A stretch of DNA of 30,716 nt from a virus (IMGVR_UViG_3300033067_001226:1-30716); one strand, 5' to 3'. Positions 1 to 9,012 are shown, counted from the first letter of the stretch. Notes: generated by a model not told the origin, from the sequence alone. Program-made: numbers and translations.

Positions 1-1469
1 AAGTCTTGGCGCAAGGTTGGAACCCGGCGGACCCGAATAACCTGCCCTATACGTTCAAAGCTTATGGCCGGCAGCGCTTGAACGGCTATGCCATGCCTAG
101 CCTGCCCGCCCTGCCAGCCGCCATCGCGGCACAATGGGATTGGGTATTCCCGGCGCTGGCCGCTTGTCGGTCAACCCAAGACGTTCTGGCGCTGGCGCGC
201 AAAATCGCCAAGCGCAAGGGCGGCCAGCAGGGCCAGCAGGGCCAGCAGGGCCAGCAGGGCGGCCAACAGGGCCAACAGGGCGGCCAGCAGGGCGAGGGCG
301 AGGGCGGCCAGCAGGGCGAGGGCGAGGGCGGCGAGGGCGAGGGCGGCGAGGGCGAGGGCGAGGGCGGCGAGGGCGAAGGCCAGCAGGGCGGCCAGCAGGG
401 CGGCCAGCAGGGCCAGCAGGGCGAGGGCGGGCAAGCCCCGGTTGACGCCCCGGTTGACATGGGCGAGGGCGGCGAGGGCGAGGGGTCCAATAGCGGAACC
501 AGCGCGGGCGGGTCCAGCCAGTTCACGGAATATGACGATAGCTTGACGGCGCAGGTTGAGGCGATTTTGCGCCGCTCTCGCACGCCGGGCTTCAACGCCG
601 GCGTTGAAAACGAAATCGCGGCGCTGGGTCAGGCGCGCCCCGCTGATTTCGGCAACCTGCTAGTGAACGGCACCGGCAAGTCCCGTCTGCCCGGAATTGC
701 CGGCCTTATCCCCAACACGGCCAAGCTTCAGGCGGACGTCCGGCGTCTGGTCAAATCGCCGGAGCGGGTCGGCGTGACCCGCGCCCTTACGTCTGGCCGC
801 TTTGACCGGCGGGGTTTCACGCGGGCGCAGGCCGGGGCGCAAAACGTCTTTGCTCGCCGCCACTATGAGCCGGGCGTCAATGCGGCCGTGTCGCTGGTCT
901 TGGACGCTTCGTCCAGCATGGGCGAAAAAGTCCGGGTCAAAGGCGCGATCCTGCATGGCGCAAAGGCGCAAGCAGCGGCGGCCTTGGCGCTGGCGATGGG
1001 CGACGCCTTGGAACGGGCCAGAACCCCGTTTGAAGTCTGTTACGCCCAGTCTGGCCGGCGCTATGGCGGCAAGGCCGTGGTCAATAGCAATTCCGGCGAT
1101 ACGCACATGGTTAAGGGTTTCAATGAGCCTTGGACCCAGCGTCGGGAACGTCTTGGCCACGCCTACAATGCGGGCGGGACGAACAACCTTGGCGCGGCAT
1201 GGGGCGCGGCGGGACGTCTCTTGCAAGTGCAAGGCGCAACCCGGCGTATCGTTTTCGTCCTGTCCGACGGGGACGACACCTATACGCCGGCGGCTTGGAA
1301 ACGGGCGGCGAAAATCCTCGCCAAGCGGGGCGTTGAACTGGTTGGCGTCGGGCTGTTGCATGACGTATCGCACAGCTTTGACGTTTTCTTGAACGTGTCG
1401 GACCCGGCGGAACTGGCCCAGAAGGGGCTGGGGTTGCTTGTGAGGCAGCTTGAACGGGCTGCGGGCTAG
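1..1469 (+). CDS. CobT-like von Willebrand factor A domain protein (5' partial, frame is open at the window edge)
   Basis: MIDAS motif VLDASSSM, then GGTN and VFVLSDG. The GRFDRR...NVFARR segment before the VWA domain and the long G/Q/E low-complexity linker are typical of phage CobT-like proteins. Confidence 0.8.
   Translation, partial: VLAQGWNPADPNNLPYTFKAYGRQRLNGYAMPSLPALPAAIAAQWDWVFPALAACRSTQDVLALARKIAKRKGGQQGQQGQQGQQGGQQGQQGGQQGEGEGGQQGEGEGGEGEGGEGEGEGGEGEGQQGGQQGGQQGQQGEGGQAPVDAPVDMGEGGEGEGSNSGTSAGGSSQFTEYDDSLTAQVEAILRRSRTPGFNAGVENEIAALGQARPADFGNLLVNGTGKSRLPGIAGLIPNTAKLQADVRRLVKSPERVGVTRALTSGRFDRRGFTRAQAGAQNVFARRHYEPGVNAAVSLVLDASSSMGEKVRVKGAILHGAKAQAAAALALAMGDALERARTPFEVCYAQSGRRYGGKAVVNSNSGDTHMVKGFNEPWTQRRERLGHAYNAGGTNNLGAAWGAAGRLLQVQGATRRIVFVLSDGDDTYTPAAWKRAAKILAKRGVELVGVGLLHDVSHSFDVFLNVSDPAELAQKGLGLLVRQLERAAG
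219..484 (+). repeat. In-frame short tandem repeats (GGCCAGCAG and GGCGAG units) encoding a Gly-Gln/Gly-Glu linker
   Basis: Directly visible repeats; translation GQQGQQ...GEGEGGEG. Confidence 0.95.
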
Positions 1470-1472
1470 ACG

Positions 1473-1576
1473 CCCCAGCCCCAGCCCCAGCCCCCTGTCC
1501 AGCGCCACGCCAGCACGCCCCAGCGCCACCCCGACCCGGCGACAACCCAGCACGCCCACAACCCAGCACGCCCACA
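1473..1576. repeat. C-rich intergenic repeats, including ACAACCCAGCACGCCC x2 (1542-1573) and CCCCAG x3
   Basis: Directly visible, downstream of the VWA stop codon. Confidence 0.85.
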
Positions 1577-1634
1577 AAAACCCCGTCTCAAAATGGATAA
1601 GCCTTTTTTAGCCTTCCCACAGGCCGCCCCATAC

Positions 1635-1804
1635 CCGGCGCAGAAGGGCTGAAAGTCCGGCAGGCTGAAACCCCCCTTATAGGGGTTTCAGCCTGACTTT
1701 CAGCCTTCTGCCCGGAGGGGTTATTCGCCTTCGGCCTGATTGAAGGCTGAGAAGGCTGAAACCCCCTCGGACAAGGCTGAAACCCCCTCGGACAAGGCTG
1801 AAAC
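1635..1804. other. Putative replication origin: long imperfect palindrome plus AGGCTGAAA iterons
   Basis: CAGGCTGAAACCCC (1661-1674) pairs with GGGGTTTCAGCCTG (1682-1695), with outer arms at 1640-1657 and 1695-1711. A 21-bp direct repeat lies at 1752-1772 and 1773-1793, with a partial copy at 1794-1804. The origin role is inferred. Confidence 0.55.
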
Positions 1805-4015
1805 AGGCGCAGCCCAGCCCGAAACAGGCTCTAAAGCCGTCCGGCAGTTCAAACCGTCCCTTTGGACCCTAACCCCTGTCCGAAAAGCGTTCAGCCTTTC
1901 ACCAATTTGGATAAGGATTTCATTTTGGCGTTCATCCCAGCCTTGCACTCCGGCTGCCGACAAGGCGGTCTCGATGTCGATTGTCCCCTTGCCCGCCCGC
2001 TTGCCGTGCGACACAACCTGTCCTGCGCCCGCCCCCGTCATCCACTTGTGAAGGGCTGCGACAGCCTGCTCGACTTGAAAGTCCCGGACGGCGCTGTCCC
2101 CGTAGAGCGCGTCTTGCTCGGACACAGGAACCAAGACGACCGTCGTCTCCCCAGCGTACACCGACGCCACGCTGTCCTTGCGATAGAACTCCCGCGCCCC
2201 TGTCACGCCATAGTTGGTCTTCGCCAGTTTCAGTTCTATGCACTCGCCCCCCGCGCCAACTGGCCGCATCTGGGTTATCACTCGCGCGTTGCCCTCAATG
2301 CCGATAGAGCCTGCCGACGCGAAGCCGTCGCTCCCCCCAGCCCGTGAGGCTGTTTTGGTCATGTGATGCGTGAAGACGATCCCGACCTGCCTGCCGGTCC
2401 TGTCCTCGTACACACTCATAATCGCTTTCCAGACCCGAAAGAGCGCGTCGATCTGCCAGCGTTCGTTCTCGGTCCCGAAGAAAGTGTGCCGCATCATGTC
2501 GAACACCAAGACCACGGGCGCTTTGTCCTCGCCCTCGGACACCCGCTCAAGCGTGTCGCACAACCAGTGAAGCCCCGAAGTGATCTTCCGGGCGATCTTT
2601 CGGGTCTTCTCGTCTAGCTCGACAAGCTCAAGAGGTTTGTTCTGGACAAGCTCGAATGTCCGGCCGGCTGTCACACCCCCAGCCAACCCCAGAAAGTGAT
2701 CGCGCACCGCTGCTGCGCGCTCCCACAGGACGGCCGCGCTGTCCTCGCCAAACAACCCGATGATGTGAGGGTGCTCCGGGAGACTGACCCCTTTGTCCCG
2801 TGGCGTGATCCCGTAGGCTGCTGCCGTGAGACAATGCAGCGCCCACAAACTCTTTCCGACGCCCGGCGCTGCGATAACGCCATGGACGACACCGGGCCAA
2901 GCGAACCCCGGCACAAGGGCTTTGGGCTTGGACAGTCCAGCGCCCCGAGCCTCAAACGATGCCCATGTCCCGAGCGTTGTCCTCGCGGCTGCAAGCGACT
3001 TGTCCTCGGCCACGGCTGCCCGCATGACTTCCTTGGCGAGCCATCTGTCCTTCCCGGTGAGCGTGTTGACGGGCGCTTTGGCTTCCTCGTCCACGACGCT
3101 GTTCCGGAAGTCCCACTCCAACTCGCATCTGGGAAACTTCTCAAGCGCCCACTTCCAGAGTTGTCCTCGGCCAATCGTGTCCGGCTTGTGGACGCCTTCC
3201 CAGACCCGCCCACAATCTTCCTGTTGCTCGCGCTGTCCGCACCATGCGAGCCACGCCCCTAACCCCTCCTCGCCCACGGCTCCCTTCAGAGCGTGAGCCA
3301 TCCTGATCCAAGTTTCCCGATCATCGAACCGCTCGTCGTTCGGGACGTGGCGCATGATCCACTCGACTTCGTCCACGCCTGCCGTGATGTCCTTGTCCGC
3401 ACCCGACAATCGAGGCGCTGCGCCGGCGTTGACGTTGGATCCCACCCCCTGCCGGTCCAAGTATGCCCGGACTGACGCTATGATGTTGGACAGGCCCGCC
3501 GCCGTGAGTTCCACCAGCTTGTTCGCCACGGGCTGATAGTTCCATTTCAGCGTGACCCCTTTGTCCGCCCGGAACCCCTCGACATGGAGTTGCCTGTTGG
3601 CTCCCGAGACTTCCAGCACCAACTCGCCCGCCGCTGTCCTCACGCTGTGCGAAGCCCATGTCTCGCCGTCCGCGAGCCTGACGATCATCGCCCTCGACGC
3701 GCTGCCGGGACGCGAGCGTGTGGGGTAGTCGTTCCCCAGAAAAGACCGAAGGATGCTGTAGATCGCGTCCGCGTGTGCGCCGTCCTCGATGTCGAACGCG
3801 GGGAACTTCCCTGTCTTCAAGCCTAGGTTTCGTCCGCTGTCCCAGCCCGTGACCAAGTCTATGTCCGGCTCGGTCGAAGCATTCCAGCCCGGCGTGAGCG
3901 TCCTTTTCTGTCCCGGTTCTAGCGTGAGCAAATGCCCTGAAAATCCGTTGTCGATCCATACTTGCGCTTTGTTGATTTCGCTCTTGCCCTGCGTGTCTTT
4001 TGATGTATCCTGCAT
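1721..4015 (-). CDS. Primase-helicase: N-terminal Prim-Pol-like domain, PriCT-2 domain, AAA_25/RepA-like helicase
   Basis: NLGLKTG..AFDIE Prim-Pol-like motif; DDRETWIRMAHALK...WLAW (PriCT-2); Walker A AAPGVGKS; Walker B VLVFD; FTHHMTK; KLAKTNYG. SD AGGAG upstream. Confidence 0.85.
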   Translation of the reverse strand: MQDTSKDTQGKSEINKAQVWIDNGFSGHLLTLEPGQKRTLTPGWNASTEPDIDLVTGWDSGRNLGLKTGKFPAFDIEDGAHADAIYSILRSFLGNDYPTRSRPGSASRAMIVRLADGETWASHSVRTAAGELVLEVSGANRQLHVEGFRADKGVTLKWNYQPVANKLVELTAAGLSNIIASVRAYLDRQGVGSNVNAGAAPRLSGADKDITAGVDEVEWIMRHVPNDERFDDRETWIRMAHALKGAVGEEGLGAWLAWCGQREQQEDCGRVWEGVHKPDTIGRGQLWKWALEKFPRCELEWDFRNSVVDEEAKAPVNTLTGKDRWLAKEVMRAAVAEDKSLAAARTTLGTWASFEARGAGLSKPKALVPGFAWPGVVHGVIAAPGVGKSLWALHCLTAAAYGITPRDKGVSLPEHPHIIGLFGEDSAAVLWERAAAVRDHFLGLAGGVTAGRTFELVQNKPLELVELDEKTRKIARKITSGLHWLCDTLERVSEGEDKAPVVLVFDMMRHTFFGTENERWQIDALFRVWKAIMSVYEDRTGRQVGIVFTHHMTKTASRAGGSDGFASAGSIGIEGNARVITQMRPVGAGGECIELKLAKTNYGVTGAREFYRKDSVASVYAGETTVVLVPVSEQDALYGDSAVRDFQVEQAVAALHKWMTGAGAGQVVSHGKRAGKGTIDIETALSAAGVQGWDERQNEILIQIGERLNAFRTGVRVQRDGLNCRTALEPVSGWAAPVSALSEGVSALSEGVSAFSAFNQAEGE

Positions 4016-4058
4016 TTCGCAACTCCTGTCTTTGCGGGTTGGATTTGCCCTGTGACCT

Positions 4059-4091
4059 AGCCCCCGTCCTATCGAGTGACGGGGGCTTTTT
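4059..4091 (+). terminator. Rho-independent terminator-like hairpin, + orientation
   Basis: AGCCCCCGTC / GACGGGGGCT stem followed by a T tract on the + strand. Confidence 0.7.
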
Positions 4092-4182
4092 CGTTAGGGC
4101 GTGAAGAGGTCCAAGCCTGCGCTGGCTTTGTCGTTTTGTCTAGCCACTAGGTCTTGCATTCAAGACAAACACGACACAAAGC

Positions 4183-4348
4183 CTAGCCCGTAAACCGCTT
4201 GTTGACGCTCTCGACCAGCCAGCCCGGCGCAAAGTGGGCGTAAGTCCGCATGACCGTGACGGGGTCGTCGCCCAGCATCGCGGCGACTTGTCGCACGTCC
4301 ACGCCCGCCCGCACTTGGCGGCATCAGCCGCCGGGGTGCGCGTGACAT
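4183..4348 (-). pseudogene. Internally deleted tyrosine recombinase/integrase remnant
   Basis: Frame 4314->4183 reads VRAGVDVRQVAAMLGDDPVTVMRTYAHFAPGWLVESVNKRFTG*, matching integrase box II with the catalytic Tyr. An upstream SD (GGAGAGG) and ATG at 4348 are out of frame with it. Confidence 0.75.
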
Positions 4349-4510
4349 GGGCCTCTCCAATATTACCTGTGTATCCTCTCAAGCGGGGAGAGTGCCACGT
4401 TTCCACCAAATGTCAACAAAAAGAGACACAAGCTATGTCTTTGCCTCTTGCCAAATCAGATTGTATGTGTCTTGTTATCCAAACATCAACACAAGACGGG
4501 ACGGCGCAAC

Positions 4511-4714
4511 GTGGCGGATTTCCTCCTCTTGGTCCTCGTGGGCTTCAACGTGGGGGCCATGGTCCTCGCCCTCGGGCTGTTCGTCATGATCGTCCGGGAC
4601 GGCTGGTCCGTCGAGTGGCCCGAGCGCATCGCCCTGTGGGGGACCGCGTCTTGCTGCCTCGCCCTCAACGGGCTGGCGTTCTGGCAGGTCCTCAAGGCGT
4701 GGAGCATCTCGTGA
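4511..4714 (+). CDS. Small membrane protein with two hydrophobic segments
   Basis: GTG start; two hydrophobic helices; GTGA overlap with the next gene. Confidence 0.6.
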   Translation: MADFLLLVLVGFNVGAMVLALGLFVMIVRDGWSVEWPERIALWGTASCCLALNGLAFWQVLKAWSIS

Positions 4715-4974
4715 CCGACGCCACTGTCCGCTGGGACGCCCAGCGCCTTATCCGAGACCTTGGCGGCGCGACGCACGTCCGGACCAACATGCTCAAGCAC
4801 GGTCTGGAAGTGCCAGCCCACCCGACGATCCGGAACTGGCTCTATCGGGACCGCGTGCCGGGACACGCTGTGGCGCTATTGCTCGTGCTGGGCAAGCGCA
4901 TGTCCTCGCGGTTCAACCCTTACGACTACGTCTTGATCGAAGACGAAAACGGAGAGCGCCCGTGTACCGGCTAG
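4711..4974 (+). CDS. Cro-like HTH DNA-binding protein
   Basis: LIRDLGGATHV...PTIRNWLYRDRVP resembles the Cro/YdaS-type pattern; near the start of the replication operon. Confidence 0.6.
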   Translation: MTDATVRWDAQRLIRDLGGATHVRTNMLKHGLEVPAHPTIRNWLYRDRVPGHAVALLLVLGKRMSSRFNPYDYVLIEDENGERPCTG

Positions 4975-5465
4975 TCCTCGCGATTGATCCCGGCAGCGTG
5001 TCCGGCGCTTACGCGGTCCTCTGCGCCACCAAGGGCGTCCCCGGCCTCGGGCCGACCATCGAAGTCCTCGAAGTGGACGACCTGCCCGTCATGGACAAGA
5101 ACGTCAACGGCGCGGCGTTCCAGCGGATCGTCGCCAGCTTCAAGCAACACACGAATGCTCGTCTCGAAGCCGTGACTGAGCGCGTGTCCGCCATGCCCAA
5201 GCAGGGGATTTCCAGCGCCTTCAACTTTGGTCGGGGGCTGGGCATTGTGGAAGGCGTCCTCGCGGCGTCCATGCTGCCGACGACATTCGTTTCGCCTGCG
5301 AAATGGAAAGGCGCAATGGGCCTGAACCGCGACGGCGAGGCGTCCCGTGTCCTCGCGACCCGGCTCTACCCGAGCCAAGCCGGCGCGCTGCGCCGCGTGA
5401 AGGACCACAACCGCGCCGAAGCGATCTTGCTGGGGCACTATCACATAGGAGGACAGCGGCCGTGA
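4962..5465 (+). CDS. RuvC-like Holliday junction resolvase
   Basis: LAIDPG, TERVSAMPKQGISSAFNFG, PAKWK, DHNRAEAILL motifs. Confidence 0.88.
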   Translation: MYRLVLAIDPGSVSGAYAVLCATKGVPGLGPTIEVLEVDDLPVMDKNVNGAAFQRIVASFKQHTNARLEAVTERVSAMPKQGISSAFNFGRGLGIVEGVLAASMLPTTFVSPAKWKGAMGLNRDGEASRVLATRLYPSQAGALRRVKDHNRAEAILLGHYHIGGQRP

Positions 5466-5596
5466 ACGTCGAAACTTTTCTCAAGGGCTGGGCGCTGCTT
5501 TTCGTCGCTGTCCTCGGCGTCGTTATCCTGTCCGCCCTGCCGGGCTGCGCCGTCGTGAAGTGCGTCCGGAACACTTACACCTGCGGGTTCAACTGA
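5462..5596 (+). CDS. Small putative lipoprotein (44 aa)
   Basis: GTG start with SD AGGAGG; hydrophobic stretch ending in a lipobox-like LPG-C. Confidence 0.55.
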   Translation: MNVETFLKGWALLFVAVLGVVILSALPGCAVVKCVRNTYTCGFN

Positions 5597-5600
5597 GCCT

Positions 5601-6956
5601 ATGGCCGACGCGCTTCTCCCATATCAGACTGCCGGCGTCGCGCGCTTCGCGAACTCTGTCCTTCCCGTCCATCGTTACATGGCGTGGGAACCGGGGCTTG
5701 GGAAAACCGCGACGTCGATTGCTCTGGTGGACCGAGAGAACCACGACAGGGTCCTCGTGGTCTGTCCGGCGCACGCGCGCCTGAATTGGGAGCGCGAAGT
5801 CCTGCGGTGGCAAACCCGCTCCCGCCCTGTCCAGATCGTCAGCACGTCGAACACGTCCCAAGTCCTCGACGGGCCGGGCGTCGTCCTCGTGTCCTATGAC
5901 ATGGTCTCGCGCAAGGGTTCAGCGATCCGGGGCGCGCTCACCCGCCGCAAGTGGGGCACGCTCATACTGGACGAAGCCCACGCGCTCAACGCTCCGACGT
6001 CGAACCGCACGCGCTTCGTCCTCGACCCGCAAAAAGGTCTCTTTCTGAACGCCAAGCGTGTGCTGCCCCTGTCCGGGACGCCGGCGTCGAAACACGCTGC
6101 TGAACTTTATCCTATGCTCCGCGCGATCTACCCGGCGGCGCTCGACGGTCGCAGCTACGACGATTTCGTCACGCGCTACTGCTACGTCCGGACGATGCGC
6201 GTCAACGGACGCGAAGTGAAGCAAATCGTCGGCACGCGCCGGGATAGGATCGAAGAACTGCGCGCGAAGATCGCGCCTTTCTTGGACGTCCTGAAAGCCG
6301 ACGATGTCCTGCCCGACCTGCCGACGCTGCGCGTCCAGAACTACCCGTTGTCGCCTGCGGACTTGCCCGAAGCTAAAGCGGTGTTGGGAGCCAGCGCCAC
6401 GCTCAACCGGGCACTCCCGGACAAAACAGACATTCTGACCTTCATAGCCAAGAACGTGACCGCGTTTGCGACAGAACGCCGCATCCTCGGCACGGCCAAG
6501 GCAGCGCTGGTTTCTAGCATTTTAGCCGAAGAATTGGCCCAGACGACGCACAAGGTCCTCGTTTTTGGCATTCACCGGGACGCTTTGGCGATAATTGCAA
6601 AAAAACTCACCCACTTTGGCGTTGTCACAATCGACGGCTCGTGTGACAGTGTGGCCAAGACGAAGGCCCAAGACACGTTTCAACAAAACCCGGAGGTCCG
6701 CGTAGCCGTCTGCCAGATCAAGGCGGCGTCCACCAACCTGACGCTCACCGCAGCGTCCGAAGTGGTCCTCGTGGAACCCTCTTGGAACCCGCTGGACAAT
6801 TACCAAGCCATCCGACGCGCCCGGCGCATCGGACAGACCCGTCCTGTCCTCGCCCGCTTCATGTCGCTCGAAGGCGCGGACGACCGGATCAACGAAGTCC
6901 TCAAGGCGAGGACGGAGGAAATGTCGCAACTACTAGGGACAGGAGAAGACGAATGA
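5601..6956 (+). CDS. SNF2-family (SF2) helicase
   Basis: EPGLGKT, VVCPA, LILDEAH, LSGTP, NLTLTAA, QAIRRARRIGQ motifs. Confidence 0.93.
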   Translation: MADALLPYQTAGVARFANSVLPVHRYMAWEPGLGKTATSIALVDRENHDRVLVVCPAHARLNWEREVLRWQTRSRPVQIVSTSNTSQVLDGPGVVLVSYDMVSRKGSAIRGALTRRKWGTLILDEAHALNAPTSNRTRFVLDPQKGLFLNAKRVLPLSGTPASKHAAELYPMLRAIYPAALDGRSYDDFVTRYCYVRTMRVNGREVKQIVGTRRDRIEELRAKIAPFLDVLKADDVLPDLPTLRVQNYPLSPADLPEAKAVLGASATLNRALPDKTDILTFIAKNVTAFATERRILGTAKAALVSSILAEELAQTTHKVLVFGIHRDALAIIAKKLTHFGVVTIDGSCDSVAKTKAQDTFQQNPEVRVAVCQIKAASTNLTLTAASEVVLVEPSWNPLDNYQAIRRARRIGQTRPVLARFMSLEGADDRINEVLKARTEEMSQLLGTGEDE

Positions 6957-7336
6957 ACGTGAATATCCGAAGCACGGCGGGGGCGGCGCATTTCAAGGGC
7001 CTGCCGGTGCTGGTTGAAGTCTTTGCGGACAGCCCCGAGGAAGCCCTAGACGCGATGGAGAAGCTGATCGCCGGGCTGGACGGCAACGTGAACGTCACCG
7101 CCGTAGCCCAGATCGCCAAGCCGGTGTCCGCCGCGCTCGCGAAAGCCGACCCGTCGAAGGAAGACAAGCACGCCCACGACAAGGCCATGCGCCTCTTGGT
7201 GGACCTGTACCGCGACGAGAAGACCCGCGACATGGCCCGCGCGCTGCTGGCGAAATACGAAGTCCAGAAGTTCGGGGAAATCCCGGTCGAGCGCGGACAC
7301 GAGTTGCTGGCCGACGCGCTCAAGATCAAGGGCTGA
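6953..7336 (+). CDS. Hypothetical protein of the phage DUF2800/DUF2815/PolA module
   Basis: SD AGGAG, ATGA overlap with the helicase. C-terminus ARALLAKYEVQKFGEIP resembles the small protein usually found upstream of DUF2800. Confidence 0.7.
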   Translation: MNVNIRSTAGAAHFKGLPVLVEVFADSPEEALDAMEKLIAGLDGNVNVTAVAQIAKPVSAALAKADPSKEDKHAHDKAMRLLVDLYRDEKTRDMARALLAKYEVQKFGEIPVERGHELLADALKIKG

Positions 7337-7342
7337 CGCTCA

Positions 7343-8098
7343 ATGGCGCACAAGGACCGCTCCCACGCAGAACTGTCCGCCTCGGGCAGTTCGATCTGGC
7401 TGAACTGCACGATGTCCCCGGTCCTGTCCCGTGGCGTCGAGCGGCGGTCCTCGAAGTACGCGGACGAAGGCACGGCAGCCCACGAAGTCGCGGAAGAACT
7501 CTTGCGCCAGCGCGGCCTCGGGAAGCCTCGGGCCTACTCGGTGGACGAGGAATTTGAGACGCGGGTGAAGACCTACGTCGATTATGTCGAGGACCTGTGC
7601 AAGCGTGCGCCGCTCTACCAGATCGAACAGCGGGTGTCGCTCGCGAAACTTTGGGACGGCGATCCGCCGTCGGACATGTTCGGCACGGCCGACTGTGTGG
7701 CGATCACTCCGGACAAGACGCTGCACGTCGTGGACTTGAAGTATGGTCGCGGCGTCCCCGTCGAAGTTCGGGATAATTCCCAGCTTCTCTACTACGCGCT
7801 CGGCGCGTGGTTGATGCTCAAGAACGAAGTGCAGATCGAGAAAGTCCGCATGACCATCGTGCAGCCGCGCGCCGCGCACCCCGACGGCCCTGTCCGCCAC
7901 TGGGACCTGCCGCTCGTGGACGTCATCCACTGGGGACACGATGTCCTCAAGCCGACGGTCGATCTGATCTGCGAGGAAGACGTGTCCAAGCTGACGCTCG
8001 TGGAGGGCAAGCATTGCCGTTGGTGCCCTGCGGCGTTGTCCGGTTGTCCTGAAAAGCAAAAGACGAAGACCAACGAAGCCAAGACGGAGTTTTCGTGA
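7343..8098 (+). CDS. DUF2800 Cas4-like PD-(D/E)XK exonuclease
   Basis: HAELSASGSSIWLNC, EGTAAH, FGTADC, VVDLKYG, QLLYYALG, IVQPR, HCRWCPA...C. Confidence 0.9.
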   Translation: MAHKDRSHAELSASGSSIWLNCTMSPVLSRGVERRSSKYADEGTAAHEVAEELLRQRGLGKPRAYSVDEEFETRVKTYVDYVEDLCKRAPLYQIEQRVSLAKLWDGDPPSDMFGTADCVAITPDKTLHVVDLKYGRGVPVEVRDNSQLLYYALGAWLMLKNEVQIEKVRMTIVQPRAAHPDGPVRHWDLPLVDVIHWGHDVLKPTVDLICEEDVSKLTLVEGKHCRWCPAALSGCPEKQKTKTNEAKTEFS

Positions 8099-8131
8099 TG
8101 GTCAAGATCACCACGGAGGGAGAAATACGCC

Positions 8132-8434
8132 ATGAGCGCAGCAGCCCCCGGCAGCGCGATGGCGCAACAAATGTCCTCGATGATCGGACAGTCGCAGAAC
8201 CATAACGCGCTGCTGGCGCAACTCGCGCACACCCCGCCGCCGAACAACGCTGCCCCGTGGCAGGCGTCCGTGCAGGCGCAGTTCCACCGCGACCTACGAC
8301 GCGAACAGGACCGCGCACACTTCGCCGCCGCTGACGCCGCCCTGCCGGACAGCGACGAACAGAGATTTCGCCGCGTGGCGAAATGGCGGCGCACGTCGCG
8401 CCGTCCAATGACTAGGAGACTAGGATATGGGTGA
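8132..8434 (+). CDS. Hypothetical protein
   Basis: SD GGAGG/GGAG upstream; fills the gap between the exonuclease and SSB genes. Confidence 0.55.
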   Translation: MSAAAPGSAMAQQMSSMIGQSQNHNALLAQLAHTPPPNNAAPWQASVQAQFHRDLRREQDRAHFAAADAALPDSDEQRFRRVAKWRRTSRRPMTRRLGYG

Positions 8435-8966
8435 CAAAGTGATTACGCCGGTCGGCATTCTGTCCTTCCCGGCGCTGTTCAAGCCCCGCTCCCCGACGCC
8501 GGGCGCGGAACCTCGGTTCTCTGTGAACCTTGTTTTCGACAAGGCGGCGCAGGCTACTCCCGAATACAAAAAGTTGGTCGCGGCGGTGGAAGCCGAAGCG
8601 AAGGACTTTTTCAAAGGGAAGCCCCCGGCGGGCTGGCGCAACCCGATCCGCGATGCTGGCGAAAAGGAATACGCCGGCTACGAGGAAGGCCACACCTTCA
8701 TCGGCGCGTGGACGAAGACCAAGCCGGGCCTCGTCGGTCCTTCGCTCGAAGAAATCGAAGCCGAAGGCGACGTGTTCCCCGGACAGAAGGCTCGCATTTC
8801 TGTCCGGCCGTTCGGCTACAACAACTCGGGCAACAAGGGCGTCGGTCTCGCCCTGAACAATGTCCAGATCATCAAGTACGACATGCCGCGCCTCGACGGT
8901 CGCGCCAAGCCGGAAGACGAGTTCGGCAAGGCGGACGGCGCTGACGACGCTGACATGCCGTTTTGA
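8427..8966 (+). CDS. Single-stranded DNA-binding protein (DUF2815, gp2.5-like)
   Basis: LSFPALFKP, NPIRDA, YNNSGNKGVGLALNNVQ and acidic tail DDADMPF. Confidence 0.9.
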   Translation: MGDKVITPVGILSFPALFKPRSPTPGAEPRFSVNLVFDKAAQATPEYKKLVAAVEAEAKDFFKGKPPAGWRNPIRDAGEKEYAGYEEGHTFIGAWTKTKPGLVGPSLEEIEAEGDVFPGQKARISVRPFGYNNSGNKGVGLALNNVQIIKYDMPRLDGRAKPEDEFGKADGADDADMPF

Positions 8967-8975
8967 GGACAACGG

Positions 8976-9012
8976 GAGGGCGGGGATTTTCCTCGCCCTC
9001 TTTGTCTTGTTT
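8976..9012 (+). terminator. Terminator-like hairpin after the SSB gene
   Basis: GAGGGCGGGGA-TTT-TCCTCGCCCTC stem followed by a T-rich run. Confidence 0.7.

Noticed and set aside
219-484. CRISPR array
   Set aside because: Short in-frame tandem codon repeats without unique spacers.
4160-4409. ORF-track proteins of 66 and 89 aa
   Set aside because: They look like off-frame readings; the third frame carries the integrase C-terminal motif.
4360-4510. Specific divergent promoters and operators
   Set aside because: The AT-rich region is probably regulatory, but I could not identify convincing -35/-10 pairs.
7343-8098. CRISPR-associated Cas4
   Set aside because: No array or other cas genes; DUF2800 next to SSB and PolA is a standard phage replication module.
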